Assembly: GCA_003523255.1 (NCBI GenBank)
Contig: DPGH01000012.1
Location: forward strand, 118,759 to 182,758
Length of the DNA stretch: 64,000 bases
DNA from: Clostridiales bacterium
GTDB taxonomy: Bacteria > Bacillota > Clostridia > Christensenellales > Borkfalkiaceae
Reading direction: 5' to 3'
Shown: positions 29,549-38,830 of the stretch, one piece after another
How positions within the stretch are numbered: the stretch's first letter is position 1
How the letters are laid out: every line of letters begins with the position of its first letter
Program-made: the position numbers and the translations under genes
Notes under the pieces: generated by a model
Database searches by the model: none
Seen by the model: only the letters and a program-made list of their open reading frames with translations
Told to the model about the DNA's origin: nothing

Positions 29549-29624
29549 TGGTGGAGATAACGAGATTCGAACTCGTGGCCTTTTGACTGCCAGTCAAACG
29601 CGCTACCAACTGCGCCATACCCCC
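29549..29624 (-). tRNA. tRNA-Ala (anticodon GGC), 76 nt with encoded CCA
   Basis: Manual fold of the minus strand: acceptor GGGGGTA/TATCTCC with the G3:U70 alanine identity pair; D-arm GCGC-AGTTGGTA-GCGC; anticodon stem TTTGA/TCAAA with loop CTGGCAG (GGC); T-arm ACGAG-TTCGAAT-CTCGT; discriminator A, CCA. Confidence 0.85.
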
Positions 29625-29737
29625 GCGCTTATAAAATTACGTAAGCGGGGCAAACCCGCCTGCAAACTTTATTTTATCATATCTGCGGCAAACGCGCAAG
29701 CGTATGCCGCAGATATTTTTAACTGACCGGCAAAAAT

Positions 29738-30835
29738 TTACACGTTAAAGCGGAATAAAACTACGTCGCCGTCGCGAATTACGTAATCTTTGCCTTCAAG
29801 CCGTACTTTGCCGTGTTCTTTGGCGGCGTTAAAACTGCCGAGTTCGACAAGAACGTCATAATCGACTATTTCGGCGCGAATAAACCCTTTCTCAAAGTCG
29901 GAATGTATTTTGCCTGCGGCTTGCGGGGCTTTGGTGCCTTGTTCGATGGTCCAGGCGCGTACTTCTTTTTCTCCCGCGGTAAGGTAACTTAAAAGTCCAA
30001 GTAAGCGGTAAGATGTTTTAACGAGTTTGTCGAGTCCGCTTTCCGTTTCTCCGAGTTCGTTTAAAAACATTTCTTTTTCATCGTCGGGGAGCCCGGAAAG
30101 TTCTTCTTCCGTCTTTGCGCAGATAACCATCGATTCGGCGTTTTCGCTTGCGGCGTAGTCGATGACTTTTTTTGCAAGCGGAAGTTCGTTTTCGTTTTTG
30201 CCCATATCCTTTTCGCTTATGTTTGCGGTGTATATAACGGGCTTTGCGGTTAATAGAAAAAGCGATTTTAAAATTTCTTTTTCTTCTTCCGTACAGGGGA
30301 GAGTTCTCGCGGGTTTTAAGTCGTTTAAATGCGCGTAAAGTTTTTCTAAAAACTCCGCCTCTGTTTTATATTTTTTATCGCCGGTTTTGACGAGCGAAAC
30401 GGATTTGTCCAGTCTTTTTTTAACCGCGTCCGTATCGGCGAAAATAAGTTCCGTGTTTATCGTTTCTATGTCGCGTACGGGGTCTATCGAATTGTCTACG
30501 TGCGTTACGTTTTCATCCTCGAAGCATCTTACTACGTGTACGATAGCGTCCGTTTCGCGAATGTTAGCCAAAAATTTGTTGCCGAGCCCTTCGCCTTTGC
30601 TTGCGCCTTTTACGAGCCCCGCGATGTCTACGAACTCGACTACGGCGGGGGTAACTTTTTTGGTGTTGTAAAGTTTTGCGAGCACGTCAAGCCTTTTATC
30701 TGGTACCGCAACCATACCGACGTTCGGTTCTATGGTGCAAAACGGGTAATTTGCGCATTCTGCGCCGGCTTTCGTTATCGCGTTGAACAGGGTGGATTTT
30801 CCCACGTTGGGAAGACCTACTACGCCTAATTTCAT
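29738..30835 (-). CDS. ychF: Ribosome-binding ATPase YchF (Obg-family GTPase)
   Basis: MKLGVVGLPNVGKSTLFNA P-loop, a C-terminal TGS domain, 365 aa. Confidence 0.92.
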   Translation of the reverse strand: MKLGVVGLPNVGKSTLFNAITKAGAECANYPFCTIEPNVGMVAVPDKRLDVLAKLYNTKKVTPAVVEFVDIAGLVKGASKGEGLGNKFLANIRETDAIVHVVRCFEDENVTHVDNSIDPVRDIETINTELIFADTDAVKKRLDKSVSLVKTGDKKYKTEAEFLEKLYAHLNDLKPARTLPCTEEEKEILKSLFLLTAKPVIYTANISEKDMGKNENELPLAKKVIDYAASENAESMVICAKTEEELSGLPDDEKEMFLNELGETESGLDKLVKTSYRLLGLLSYLTAGEKEVRAWTIEQGTKAPQAAGKIHSDFEKGFIRAEIVDYDVLVELGSFNAAKEHGKVRLEGKDYVIRDGDVVLFRFNV

Positions 30836-30944
30836 ATAAATTCTCCGATGTGGTTATTAGTTTTTCGGCAACGTAAAAACAAATCGCGTAGCCGAACGAC
30901 TTAATCAATTATATAGCATTTATTTATAAAATACAAGTTATTTG

Positions 30945-30973
30945 TTGATTTATTTACCGAAATGTGATATTAT
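30945..30973 (+). promoter_or_regulatory. Sigma-A-type promoter for argS: TTGATT -N17- TATTAT
   Basis: Consensus-like -35 and -10 hexamers with 17-nt spacing, 44 nt upstream of the argS ATG. Confidence 0.45.
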
Positions 30974-31016
30974 CGTGCTGACAGGGCTAAAGCCCGTTAC
31001 GCATCAAGGAAGTTTT

Positions 31017-32705
31017 ATGGATTACAAGAATTATATTGCGCAAAAATTATCGATTAGCGGATTAGACGTAAACGACGTGGCGTCTTTTATTGAAGTGCCT
31101 CCTTCGTCCGAAATGGGCGACTTCGCTCTTCCGTGCTTTAAACTCGCAAAAACGATGCGTTCTTCGCCGATAAAAATAGCGGAAGAACTCGCCGCGAAGT
31201 TTAACGCCGATGACGTGGTGTCAGAAGTTACGGCGGTAAACGGTTATCTTAATTTTAAAGTAAACAGAGCGGCTTTCGTAAAAGCGACGCTTGACGAGAT
31301 TTTAGATTGCGGCGAAAAATACGGCTCGTCGAACGAGGGTAACGGTAAAACCGTTTGCATAGATTATTCTTCCATAAACATCGCAAAGCCGTTTCATATC
31401 GGGCATTTAAGTACTACCGTTATAGGTAGCGCTCTTTGTAAAATATTCAGGTTTTTAGGCTACAAGGTAGTGGGCATAAACCATCTCGGCGATTACGGCA
31501 CGCAGTTCGGTAAACTCATCGTCGCGTATAAAAAATGGAGCGGCAGAGAAGCGGTGGAAAGCGGCAGACTTAAAGAACTTTCCCGCATATACGTAAAATT
31601 TCACGAAGAAGCCAAAATTCATCCCGAACTCGACGACGAGGCACGCGCTTATTTCAAAAAAATCGAGGACGGCGACAAAGAAAGCGTGGAACTTTTCGAC
31701 TTTTTCAAGAGGATAACTCTCGAAGAGGTGGATAAGATATATAAACTTCTTAAAGTGGATTTCGATTCTTACGCGGGCGAAAGTTTTTATAACGATAAAA
31801 TGGGCGCGGTTATAGACGAACTTAAAGAAAAAGGTTTGTTAAAAACTTCGGACGGGGCGTCCGTCGTAGACCTCGAAAAGTACGGAATGCCGCCCTGTCT
31901 TATACTTAAATCCGACGGTTCGTCTTTATACGCCACGCGCGATATAGCCGCCGCGATTTACAGAAAAAACACTTACGACTTTTATAAATGTCTTTACGTG
32001 GTCGCGTATCAGCAAAACCTTCACTTTAAACAGTTTTTCAAAGTACTCGAACTTATGGGTAAGGACTGGGCGAAAGATCTCGTACACGTGTCGTACGGCA
32101 TGGTGTCGCTCGAAAGCGGTTCGATGAGTACCCGAGAAGGTAAGGTGGTTCTACTTGAAGACGTTATCGATAAAACGATCGAAAAAGCGGGCAAGGTTAT
32201 AGAAGAGAAAAACCCGAACATTAAAGATAAAGATAAAATCGCGCGTGCGGTCGGCACGGGCGCGGTGATTTTTTCCGCGTTATGCAACAATAAAATAAAG
32301 GACATAGTTTTCAGTTACGACAGAGTTTTGTCTTTCGAAGGCGAAACTTGCCCCTACGTTCTTTATACGGTTGCACGTTGTAACAGCGTTTTAACCAAAT
32401 GCGGGTATACGGGCAAGGAAAGCGTATCTGTTCCGCAAATATCCGCCGACGAATACGAAACGGTTAAAATTCTCGCTAAGTTTAAAGAGACCGTTGTTTC
32501 CGCCGCCGAGAAATACGAACCGAGTCTTGTAACGAGATACGCGCTCGACCTTGCCGCGGCGTTTAACAAGTTTTATATTTCATCTAAAATCGCCGTGGAC
32601 GACGCCGAACTTAAAAACTTCCGTTTGTCGATAACTAAAGCGGTAAAAACCGTTTTGACTTCCGCGATGACGCTTCTCGGTATCGAAACCGTAGAGCAGA
32701 TGTAA
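31017..32705 (+). CDS. argS: Arginine--tRNA ligase
   Basis: HIGH-type motif PFHIGHLSTT, a GSMSTREG (KMSK-equivalent) motif and a DALR anticodon-binding C-terminus. Start moved from 30942 to the ATG at 31017, which has an AAGGAAG SD and matches the MDYKNY N-terminus length of ArgS. Confidence 0.9.
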   Translation: MDYKNYIAQKLSISGLDVNDVASFIEVPPSSEMGDFALPCFKLAKTMRSSPIKIAEELAAKFNADDVVSEVTAVNGYLNFKVNRAAFVKATLDEILDCGEKYGSSNEGNGKTVCIDYSSINIAKPFHIGHLSTTVIGSALCKIFRFLGYKVVGINHLGDYGTQFGKLIVAYKKWSGREAVESGRLKELSRIYVKFHEEAKIHPELDDEARAYFKKIEDGDKESVELFDFFKRITLEEVDKIYKLLKVDFDSYAGESFYNDKMGAVIDELKEKGLLKTSDGASVVDLEKYGMPPCLILKSDGSSLYATRDIAAAIYRKNTYDFYKCLYVVAYQQNLHFKQFFKVLELMGKDWAKDLVHVSYGMVSLESGSMSTREGKVVLLEDVIDKTIEKAGKVIEEKNPNIKDKDKIARAVGTGAVIFSALCNNKIKDIVFSYDRVLSFEGETCPYVLYTVARCNSVLTKCGYTGKESVSVPQISADEYETVKILAKFKETVVSAAEKYEPSLVTRYALDLAAAFNKFYISSKIAVDDAELKNFRLSITKAVKTVLTSAMTLLGIETVEQM

Positions 32706-32707
32706 AC

Positions 32708-33355
32708 GTGAATAAGGCGGTAATTTTCGATTTGGACGGAACGCTTATAGATTCCGTCCCGGATATAACGCTTAACCTAAATCTCGCGCTATCGAATTTC
32801 GGATTTAACGCCGTTGCCGAAATCGATGTTAAAGATATGATCGGGCACGGCGCGAGGAATCTCGTTTTTAACGCGATAGGTAAAAGCGTTTCAAGCGAAA
32901 CGCTTGACAAAGTTTTAAATTTTTACAATAATATTTATACGGCATCTCCTTTCGTAAAAACCAAAACGTATTTCGGCGTAAACGATATGCTGAGCGAACT
33001 CGTTAAGCGCGGGTATTTGCTCGCGGTGTGTTCTAATAAACCGCAAATTACTACCGAAAAAATAGTAAAAACGGCGTTTGCCCCGAGATTGTTTTCGGTT
33101 GTAAGCGGATACGCCTCGGGCGGGGCGTTAAAGCCCGATAAAAAAGCCGTAACGGACGTTTTGGATAAATTATGCGTTTTACCCGAAAACGCTTTTCTAA
33201 TCGGCGATATGGTAACCGACGCGGTCGCGGCGTTGCGCGCGGGCGTAAAATTCATAGCGGCGCAATGGGGCTACGGCAAAGTCGAAAGTCTTATTGCTTC
33301 GGGAGCAACGGCGTTTGCCGCTTTTCCCGCCGAAATTCTCAAATTCATTCGCTGA
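32708..33355 (+). CDS. HAD-superfamily hydrolase (phosphoglycolate phosphatase-like)
   Basis: Motif I VIFDLDGTLIDS, motif II-III pattern. GTG start. 215 aa. Confidence 0.8.
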   Translation: MNKAVIFDLDGTLIDSVPDITLNLNLALSNFGFNAVAEIDVKDMIGHGARNLVFNAIGKSVSSETLDKVLNFYNNIYTASPFVKTKTYFGVNDMLSELVKRGYLLAVCSNKPQITTEKIVKTAFAPRLFSVVSGYASGGALKPDKKAVTDVLDKLCVLPENAFLIGDMVTDAVAALRAGVKFIAAQWGYGKVESLIASGATAFAAFPAEILKFIR

Positions 33356-33401
33356 ATCCCACAACTAACTTTAAAAACGAGATAATAAACGGAGTATCGA
33401 T

Positions 33402-34610
33402 TTGCAGACATCATACGAAGTCGTTATCGTCGGCGGCGGCGTTTCCGGCGCGGCGTGTGCGATAGAACTTACGCGTGGCAAAACGCGCTTTAACGGAGAA
33501 AACGTTTTAATCGCCGAGCGTAACGACAGACTTTTAAAAAAACTTACCACGACGGGTAACGGACAGGGCAACCTTACAAATTCCTCACTCGGCGCGCGCG
33601 ATTATCACGGCAACGAAAATTTTATACGCGGTTTTTTTGCGGAACAAGAGGATTTAAAAGGTTACTTTGAATCGCTCGGCGTGCCCATCGTGTATACCGA
33701 AAGCGGCAAAGCGTATCCCGCTTCTAAACAGGCTTCCGCGGTAACGGACGCGTTGCGTGCTCATTTAGAGAGCGCCGACGTAAAAACCGTAACCGGAGCA
33801 AAAGTTATGTCGGTAAAAAAAGAGAAAGACGTTTTTATCGTAAAAACCGATAAAGCCGCGTTTACGGCAAAACGCGTCGTGCTCGCTTTCGGCGGGGCGG
33901 CGGCAAAGCAATTCGGTACGGACGGCACTTCGTATAATCTCGCAACTGAATTAGGGCACGGTTTAACAGACCTTAAACCGTCTATAGTTCAACTTAAAAC
34001 GGAAAGAGAGCCGATTAAAGGTCTCAAAGGTATAAAAGCATGCGCGCGCGTTACGTTGTTTGACGGCGCAAAACCGATAAAAAGCGCAACGGGCGACGTG
34101 TTGTTTACCGAATACGGGGTGTCCGGTTCGGCGATATTTTCGATTTCGTCTTATCTTTGGCAAACCCGAAATCCGTATATAAAAACGGAGTTTTTGCCCG
34201 AGTTCGATATCGATGCTACCGAAAGCGCGCTTGTCGCGGCGGCACGTTCTCCGTTATATAAAATCAATCCTTACGCGTGCGTTGTAAACAAAAAGATAGG
34301 CGAGGCGTTATATAAAACCGCGCGTGATAAATCGGTAAAAAGTTTAGCGTACGCGCTTAAAAATTTTACGCTTAAAGTTACCGGTACTCTCGGTTTTGAC
34401 AGTGCGCAAACCACGCACGGCGGAATAAACGCCGACGAAATCGACTATAATTCAATGGAAAGCAAATTGATTAAAAACCTGTATATAATCGGCGAAGCGT
34501 TAGACGTAGACGGCGATTGCGGAGGATATAATCTTTCGTTTGCGTTTCTGTCCGGCGTTAAGGCGGCAAATAGTATAAAAAATTCAATTAAAAACGAATT
34601 ACGTAAATAA
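33402..34610 (+). CDS. FAD-binding flavoprotein of the HI0933/YhiN (BaiN-like, aminoacetone-oxidase-type) family
   Basis: VVIVGGGVSGAACAIEL dinucleotide fold; C-terminal GEALDVDGDCGGYNLSFAFLSG typical of this family. TTG start. Confidence 0.7.
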   Translation: MQTSYEVVIVGGGVSGAACAIELTRGKTRFNGENVLIAERNDRLLKKLTTTGNGQGNLTNSSLGARDYHGNENFIRGFFAEQEDLKGYFESLGVPIVYTESGKAYPASKQASAVTDALRAHLESADVKTVTGAKVMSVKKEKDVFIVKTDKAAFTAKRVVLAFGGAAAKQFGTDGTSYNLATELGHGLTDLKPSIVQLKTEREPIKGLKGIKACARVTLFDGAKPIKSATGDVLFTEYGVSGSAIFSISSYLWQTRNPYIKTEFLPEFDIDATESALVAAARSPLYKINPYACVVNKKIGEALYKTARDKSVKSLAYALKNFTLKVTGTLGFDSAQTTHGGINADEIDYNSMESKLIKNLYIIGEALDVDGDCGGYNLSFAFLSGVKAANSIKNSIKNELRK

Positions 34611-34621
34611 GAGGTCATTTT

Positions 34622-36076
34622 ATGGGCAAATTCAAAAAACTTACGGCGGAAATGCTTGAAGACAAGCATCTTACCATTCTTCGCGCTCTCGGTAGAGAAA
34701 TGGGCGTAAAAACGCCCGCAGCAAAAAACAAAGAGCAACTTATAGGCGAAATACTCGATATACAAAGCGGCAGATTAAAACCCGAAGAGCCTAACGGCAA
34801 AGGCGCGCCGCTGAAAATAAAAATCGATTTATCGGAGTTTATAGCAACTCCCGAGGACGATGGAAAAGAGGAAAAGAACGAATATAAATTCGACCCGCCC
34901 GCAAAAATCGTCGTAAACGACAGCGTTAAACCCGCCGCCGACGAGAAAATAGTTGAAGGCGTGCTTGAACAGCATAATTCCGGTTACGGTTTTTTAAGGG
35001 TAAACAATTACGAAAACTCGAACGACGACGCGTACGTGTCCATTCAAAACATAAAAAAATACAATCTCCGTCGCGGAGATATAGTTAAAGGCATAGTAAA
35101 GGGTATCAGAGAGAAAGATTCCGCCGCCCTTCAATCGGTTATATCCATAAACGGAATGAGCCCCGAAAAATTTTTGTATCGCAAAAACTTTGACGACCTC
35201 GTTCCGTATTACCCCACGCGCAGATTAAAACTCGAAACGCCTGAAAGCGGTTCTGATCTCGCTATAAGGTGTATAGACCTTTTCGCGCCGCTCGGCATGG
35301 GGCAAAGAGGTTTAATCGTCGCGCCGCCGAAAACAGGTAAAACCACGCTTCTTAAAAAAATCGCGCAGTCGATTGAAAAAAATTATAAAGACGTTAAACT
35401 TATAGTTCTTTTAATCGACGAGCGTCCCGAAGAGGTTACCGACATTGAACGCTCCGTTTCGGGCGAAGTGGTATTTTCTACTTTCGACGAAAACGCGGAG
35501 CACCATATCCGTGCCGCCGAACTGGTTATAAACAGGGCTAAAAGGCTTGTAGAAGTCGGTAGTGACGTGGTTATTTTAATGGATTCCATAACCCGCCTTG
35601 CAAGGGCGTATAACAACGTATGCGAGTCGTCCGGCAAAACGCTTTCGGGCGGGTTGGACCCCGTTTCGCTTATCGGACCTAAACGCTTTTTCGGCGCGGC
35701 GAGAAATATTGAAAACGGCGGCAGTCTGACCATTCTTTCTACCGCTCTTATTGAAACCGGCAGTCGTATGGACGACGTTATTTACGAGGAGTTTAAAGGC
35801 ACGGGCAATATGGAAATACATCTTTCGAGAGAACTCAGCGAAAAACGTATTTTCCCCGCGATAGATTTATATAAGTCGGGTACGAGAAAAGAAGAACTTT
35901 TACTCTCCGAAAAAGAACTTTCGGTAGTTTACGGACTTCGTAAAATTCTGTCGGAGCGCGACGACGCGACCGACGCGCTTTTAGAAATGCTTAAAAAGAC
36001 TAAAGACAACGAAGAGTTTATTGCAAAAGTACCCACGTGGATAAAGCTTTACGGAAAAGACGATGAAATCAGGTAG
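34622..36076 (+). CDS. rho: Transcription termination factor Rho
   Basis: N-terminal Rho_N/insertion region, cold-shock-like RNA-binding segment, Walker A GMGQRGLIVAPPKTGKTTLL, RecA-type ATPase core. 484 aa. Confidence 0.92.
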   Translation: MGKFKKLTAEMLEDKHLTILRALGREMGVKTPAAKNKEQLIGEILDIQSGRLKPEEPNGKGAPLKIKIDLSEFIATPEDDGKEEKNEYKFDPPAKIVVNDSVKPAADEKIVEGVLEQHNSGYGFLRVNNYENSNDDAYVSIQNIKKYNLRRGDIVKGIVKGIREKDSAALQSVISINGMSPEKFLYRKNFDDLVPYYPTRRLKLETPESGSDLAIRCIDLFAPLGMGQRGLIVAPPKTGKTTLLKKIAQSIEKNYKDVKLIVLLIDERPEEVTDIERSVSGEVVFSTFDENAEHHIRAAELVINRAKRLVEVGSDVVILMDSITRLARAYNNVCESSGKTLSGGLDPVSLIGPKRFFGAARNIENGGSLTILSTALIETGSRMDDVIYEEFKGTGNMEIHLSRELSEKRIFPAIDLYKSGTRKEELLLSEKELSVVYGLRKILSERDDATDALLEMLKKTKDNEEFIAKVPTWIKLYGKDDEIR

Positions 36077-36986
36077 AAACAAAACCATAGATTTTGACTT
36101 GACGGAAGGCGAAAAGTATTTAAAGCGCGTTGTTTACGAAAAAGACGTAAAAAGTTTACCCGTAAATTCTGTCGTTTGCGGCGACGCGTTCAAATCGCTC
36201 GAAAAAGTCGAAAACGCTTGCGTAGACTTACTTATAGTAGACCCGCCTTATAACTTATTTAAAAATTATCACGGCAATTCGTTCAAAAAAACTTCTGACG
36301 AAGAATACGCCGCGTATACCGAAAAATGGATAAAAGCGGTTAAACCGAAACTTAAACCGACCGCGAGCGTTTACGTTTGTTGCGACTGGAAAAGTTCGAT
36401 TACGATAGGCAGGGTTCTTGCTGAAAATTTCGAATTAAAAAACAGAATAACCTGGCAGAGAGAAAAAGGCAGGGGGGCTTCTCGGAACTGGAAAAACGGG
36501 TTAGAGGACGTGTACTTTTGCACCGCCGGCGACGAATATATTTTTAACCTTGCCGCAGTCAAACAAAGAAAAAAAGTACTCGCGCCGTATAAAGAGAACG
36601 GCTCTCCAAAAGACTGGGTAGAAACGCCATGCGGGCGTTATCGCGATACTTGCCCGTCTAACTTTTGGGACGATATTTCCGTACCTTACTGGTCCATGGC
36701 GGAAAATACCGCGCACCCGACGCAAAAACCGGAAAAACTCATTGCGAAAATCATTCTGGCAAGTTCAAACGAAGGCGATTTGATACTCGACCCGTTCGCG
36801 GGGAGCGGAACGTCCGCGGTTACCGCAAAAAAACTCGGGAGAAATTACGTGGCGATAGAACAAAACCCGTTATACTGCGCCTGGGCTATAAAACGGCTCG
36901 AAACCGCCGAAACCGATAAGTCCATACAAGGTTACTTTGACGGCGTTTTTTGGGAACGTAACAGTCGCCCGCAGTCCGATAATTAA
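36063..36986 (+). CDS. Orphan DNA methyltransferase, beta-class N6-adenine/N4-cytosine (DPPY) type, CcrM/M.HinfI-like
   Basis: Motif IV LLIVDPPYN precedes motif I LDPFAGSGTSAV (beta-class order). Overlaps the rho stop by 14 nt. No restriction endonuclease candidate on either side. Confidence 0.8.
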   Translation: MKSGRNKTIDFDLTEGEKYLKRVVYEKDVKSLPVNSVVCGDAFKSLEKVENACVDLLIVDPPYNLFKNYHGNSFKKTSDEEYAAYTEKWIKAVKPKLKPTASVYVCCDWKSSITIGRVLAENFELKNRITWQREKGRGASRNWKNGLEDVYFCTAGDEYIFNLAAVKQRKKVLAPYKENGSPKDWVETPCGRYRDTCPSNFWDDISVPYWSMAENTAHPTQKPEKLIAKIILASSNEGDLILDPFAGSGTSAVTAKKLGRNYVAIEQNPLYCAWAIKRLETAETDKSIQGYFDGVFWERNSRPQSDN

Positions 36987-37000
36987 AATTTTGTATATAC

Positions 37001-37040
37001 AAAAAAACGCCGTCCGTTATGCTACGGACGGCGTTTATAC
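37001..37040. terminator. Bidirectional rho-independent terminator between the MTase gene and the convergent membrane-protein gene
   Basis: A7-CGCCGTCCGT-tatgct-ACGGACGGCG-TTTATACGTTTTTG. Confidence 0.7.
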
Positions 37041-37050
37041 GTTTTTGTAT

Positions 37051-38103
37051 TTATACCGGCGAAAATATTCCGAGCAATATTATGCCCGCAAACGTTAGAC
37101 CTATCGCGGTATAGTGCAGTGCGGAAAGTTTTTCTTTAAGGAAAATTCTGCTCCACAAAACCGAAAGCACGCAGTAAGCGGAAATCATGGGGAGCCCCGC
37201 GTCGAAATCCGAGAACACGACCGCCATATAGAAAATCTGACCTATCGTTTCGCACGCGCCGCCGAGTATAAGCGATTTTCTTAAAGTAAGTTTTTCTCCG
37301 ACCTCGCTCGGTTCGTTACCGTACGCAAAAAACTTTTCTTTTTTAATAAACTTAACTATTACGAAAGATATTATCGCAAACAAAAGCGCGGTAAACTCGA
37401 ACGACGTGTTAGAAGCGTATTCCGTCATATCGAACAACTCGAAATGTTCTATCGCTTTATCGCCTACGGTTCCGAGCGCGTCCATCAATAAGTAAATAAT
37501 CGGAATTAAAATCGCGATAAGACTTTTAGTGTATTTGAATTGTTTGCTGTCCTGGCGGGCGAGTTTAACCGCCTCGTCCTCGCGGTATTCCACCACGCCG
37601 AGCGAAACTATGCCTATCGTTATAAGAACCACGGCGACTATCGACCAGGCGTCAATCGTCGCCCACCCCGCGATAATGCAAATCAAAAGCGCAAGCGAAC
37701 CCGAAGAATTGCATATGGGGGAGGATACTGATAATTCGATGTATCTGAGCCCCGCATAGCCTATTACCATTGCCAACAGGTATACGGCGGCTACCGGTGC
37801 GTAGCGTAAAAAGTCCGCGGGTTTAAAGTCGGTGTAAATAATATTGCGCCACCACTCGGGGTCGGCGCCCTCTTCTATCGGGGGAATAAACGCGCTTACG
37901 ATAATGGTTATTATCGCGTGTAAACCCATTATAACGCCCACCGCAAACATAACTTTAAAGTGGCTGTTTTTGTCTTTTTGCGAAGTGCCTAATTTTGAAA
38001 ACAAGTCCGAACCGCTCCAGCATAAAAGAGCGATAAGGGCAAAAATAAAACTCATAATATAAAATCTCCTTGAAAAAAAGCGTAATATCCCCTTTAAAAC
38101 CAA
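37051..38103 (-). CDS. Integral membrane protein (about 10 TM; possible DMT/permease-type transporter), function unknown
   Basis: Hydrophobicity pattern only. No family signature recognised. Confidence 0.45.
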   Translation of the reverse strand: MVLKGILRFFSRRFYIMSFIFALIALLCWSGSDLFSKLGTSQKDKNSHFKVMFAVGVIMGLHAIITIIVSAFIPPIEEGADPEWWRNIIYTDFKPADFLRYAPVAAVYLLAMVIGYAGLRYIELSVSSPICNSSGSLALLICIIAGWATIDAWSIVAVVLITIGIVSLGVVEYREDEAVKLARQDSKQFKYTKSLIAILIPIIYLLMDALGTVGDKAIEHFELFDMTEYASNTSFEFTALLFAIISFVIVKFIKKEKFFAYGNEPSEVGEKLTLRKSLILGGACETIGQIFYMAVVFSDFDAGLPMISAYCVLSVLWSRIFLKEKLSALHYTAIGLTFAGIILLGIFSPV

Positions 38104-38116
38104 AAAAGGGGAAAAA

Positions 38117-38815
38117 TTATAAATCGTACCCGCGTAAACGGGTGTCGGGAATATAGGCTTTAAGAATTTCTTTAAATCTTAAAGCGTCGCTTTCTTCCAC
38201 GGGGGATAGATATGACTCGATACAGTCTTCGCTGTTTTTGAACTTCTGTAAAAAATACTTGTCCGCTCCTTTAATCCATTTTCCTATTTCCGTAATGCTG
38301 TTTAAGGTATGGAACTCTTTTACGAGCGTGGTACGGAATTCGTATTTTGCCGCTCCGCTTAAAAAATACGAAACGGTTTTTTCTATCTTCGACGTGTCGA
38401 ATTTATCGAAGCCGATTATCTCGGCATAATGCGCTTTATCGTTTTTAATATCCATCGCAAAGTAGTCGGCAAGCCCGTTTTCGTTAAGCGTTTTAACGGC
38501 TTCGGGATTTGTTCCGTTAGTGTCTACTTTTACGGAGTAGCCGAGTTTTTTAAGTCTTTCGCAAAACTCCGGCAAGTCTTTTTGTAAAGTGGGTTCGCCG
38601 CCGGTAACGCAAACTCCTTCGAGTATGCCTTTACGTTTAGTAAGGTAATCGAAAACTTCTTTTTCGTCCATCGCGGGCAGGCGGTCGTAATCTATAACGA
38701 GCGCGGAATTGTGGCAAAATCCGCACTTAAAATTGCAATTGCCGGTAAAAACCGTCGCCGCGACGAAACCGTCGTAATCGACGAGAGATAATTTTTCCAA
38801 ACCGTAAATTTTCAT
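38117..38815 (-). CDS. Radical-SAM glycyl-radical-enzyme activase, anaerobic ribonucleotide reductase activating protein (NrdG)-like
   Basis: N-terminal YDGFVAATVFTGNCNFKCGFCHN (CxxxCxxC cluster), a TGGEP SAM-binding motif, 232 aa. No nrdD adjacent. Confidence 0.55.
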   Translation of the reverse strand: MKIYGLEKLSLVDYDGFVAATVFTGNCNFKCGFCHNSALVIDYDRLPAMDEKEVFDYLTKRKGILEGVCVTGGEPTLQKDLPEFCERLKKLGYSVKVDTNGTNPEAVKTLNENGLADYFAMDIKNDKAHYAEIIGFDKFDTSKIEKTVSYFLSGAAKYEFRTTLVKEFHTLNSITEIGKWIKGADKYFLQKFKNSEDCIESYLSPVEESDALRFKEILKAYIPDTRLRGYDL

Positions 38816-38830
38816 AAATTCAAAGCCCCG

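Noticed and set aside
29529-29726. 65-aa plus-strand ORF
   Set aside because: Coincides with tRNA-Ala(GGC) on the minus strand; not a CDS.
30942-31016. Upstream extension of argS (MLIYLPKCDIIVLTGLKPVTHQGSF)
   Set aside because: The extension spans the predicted -10 element and lacks an SD. ATG 31017 has an AAGGAAG SD and gives a canonical ArgS N-terminus.
30836-31016. Possible T-box leader upstream of argS
   Set aside because: Only about 180 nt are available and no T-box consensus (AATTAGGGTGGNACCGCG-like) was seen. A plain promoter is more likely.
37529-38062. Plus-strand small ORFs (37529..37759, 37540..37731, 37844..38062) inside the minus-strand membrane-protein gene; similar cases 38238..38429, 38867..39785, 47878..48466, 49073..49420
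   Set aside because: Embedded antisense to well-supported genes (CDF transporter, DnaD-like and others); Arg/His-rich junk translations.
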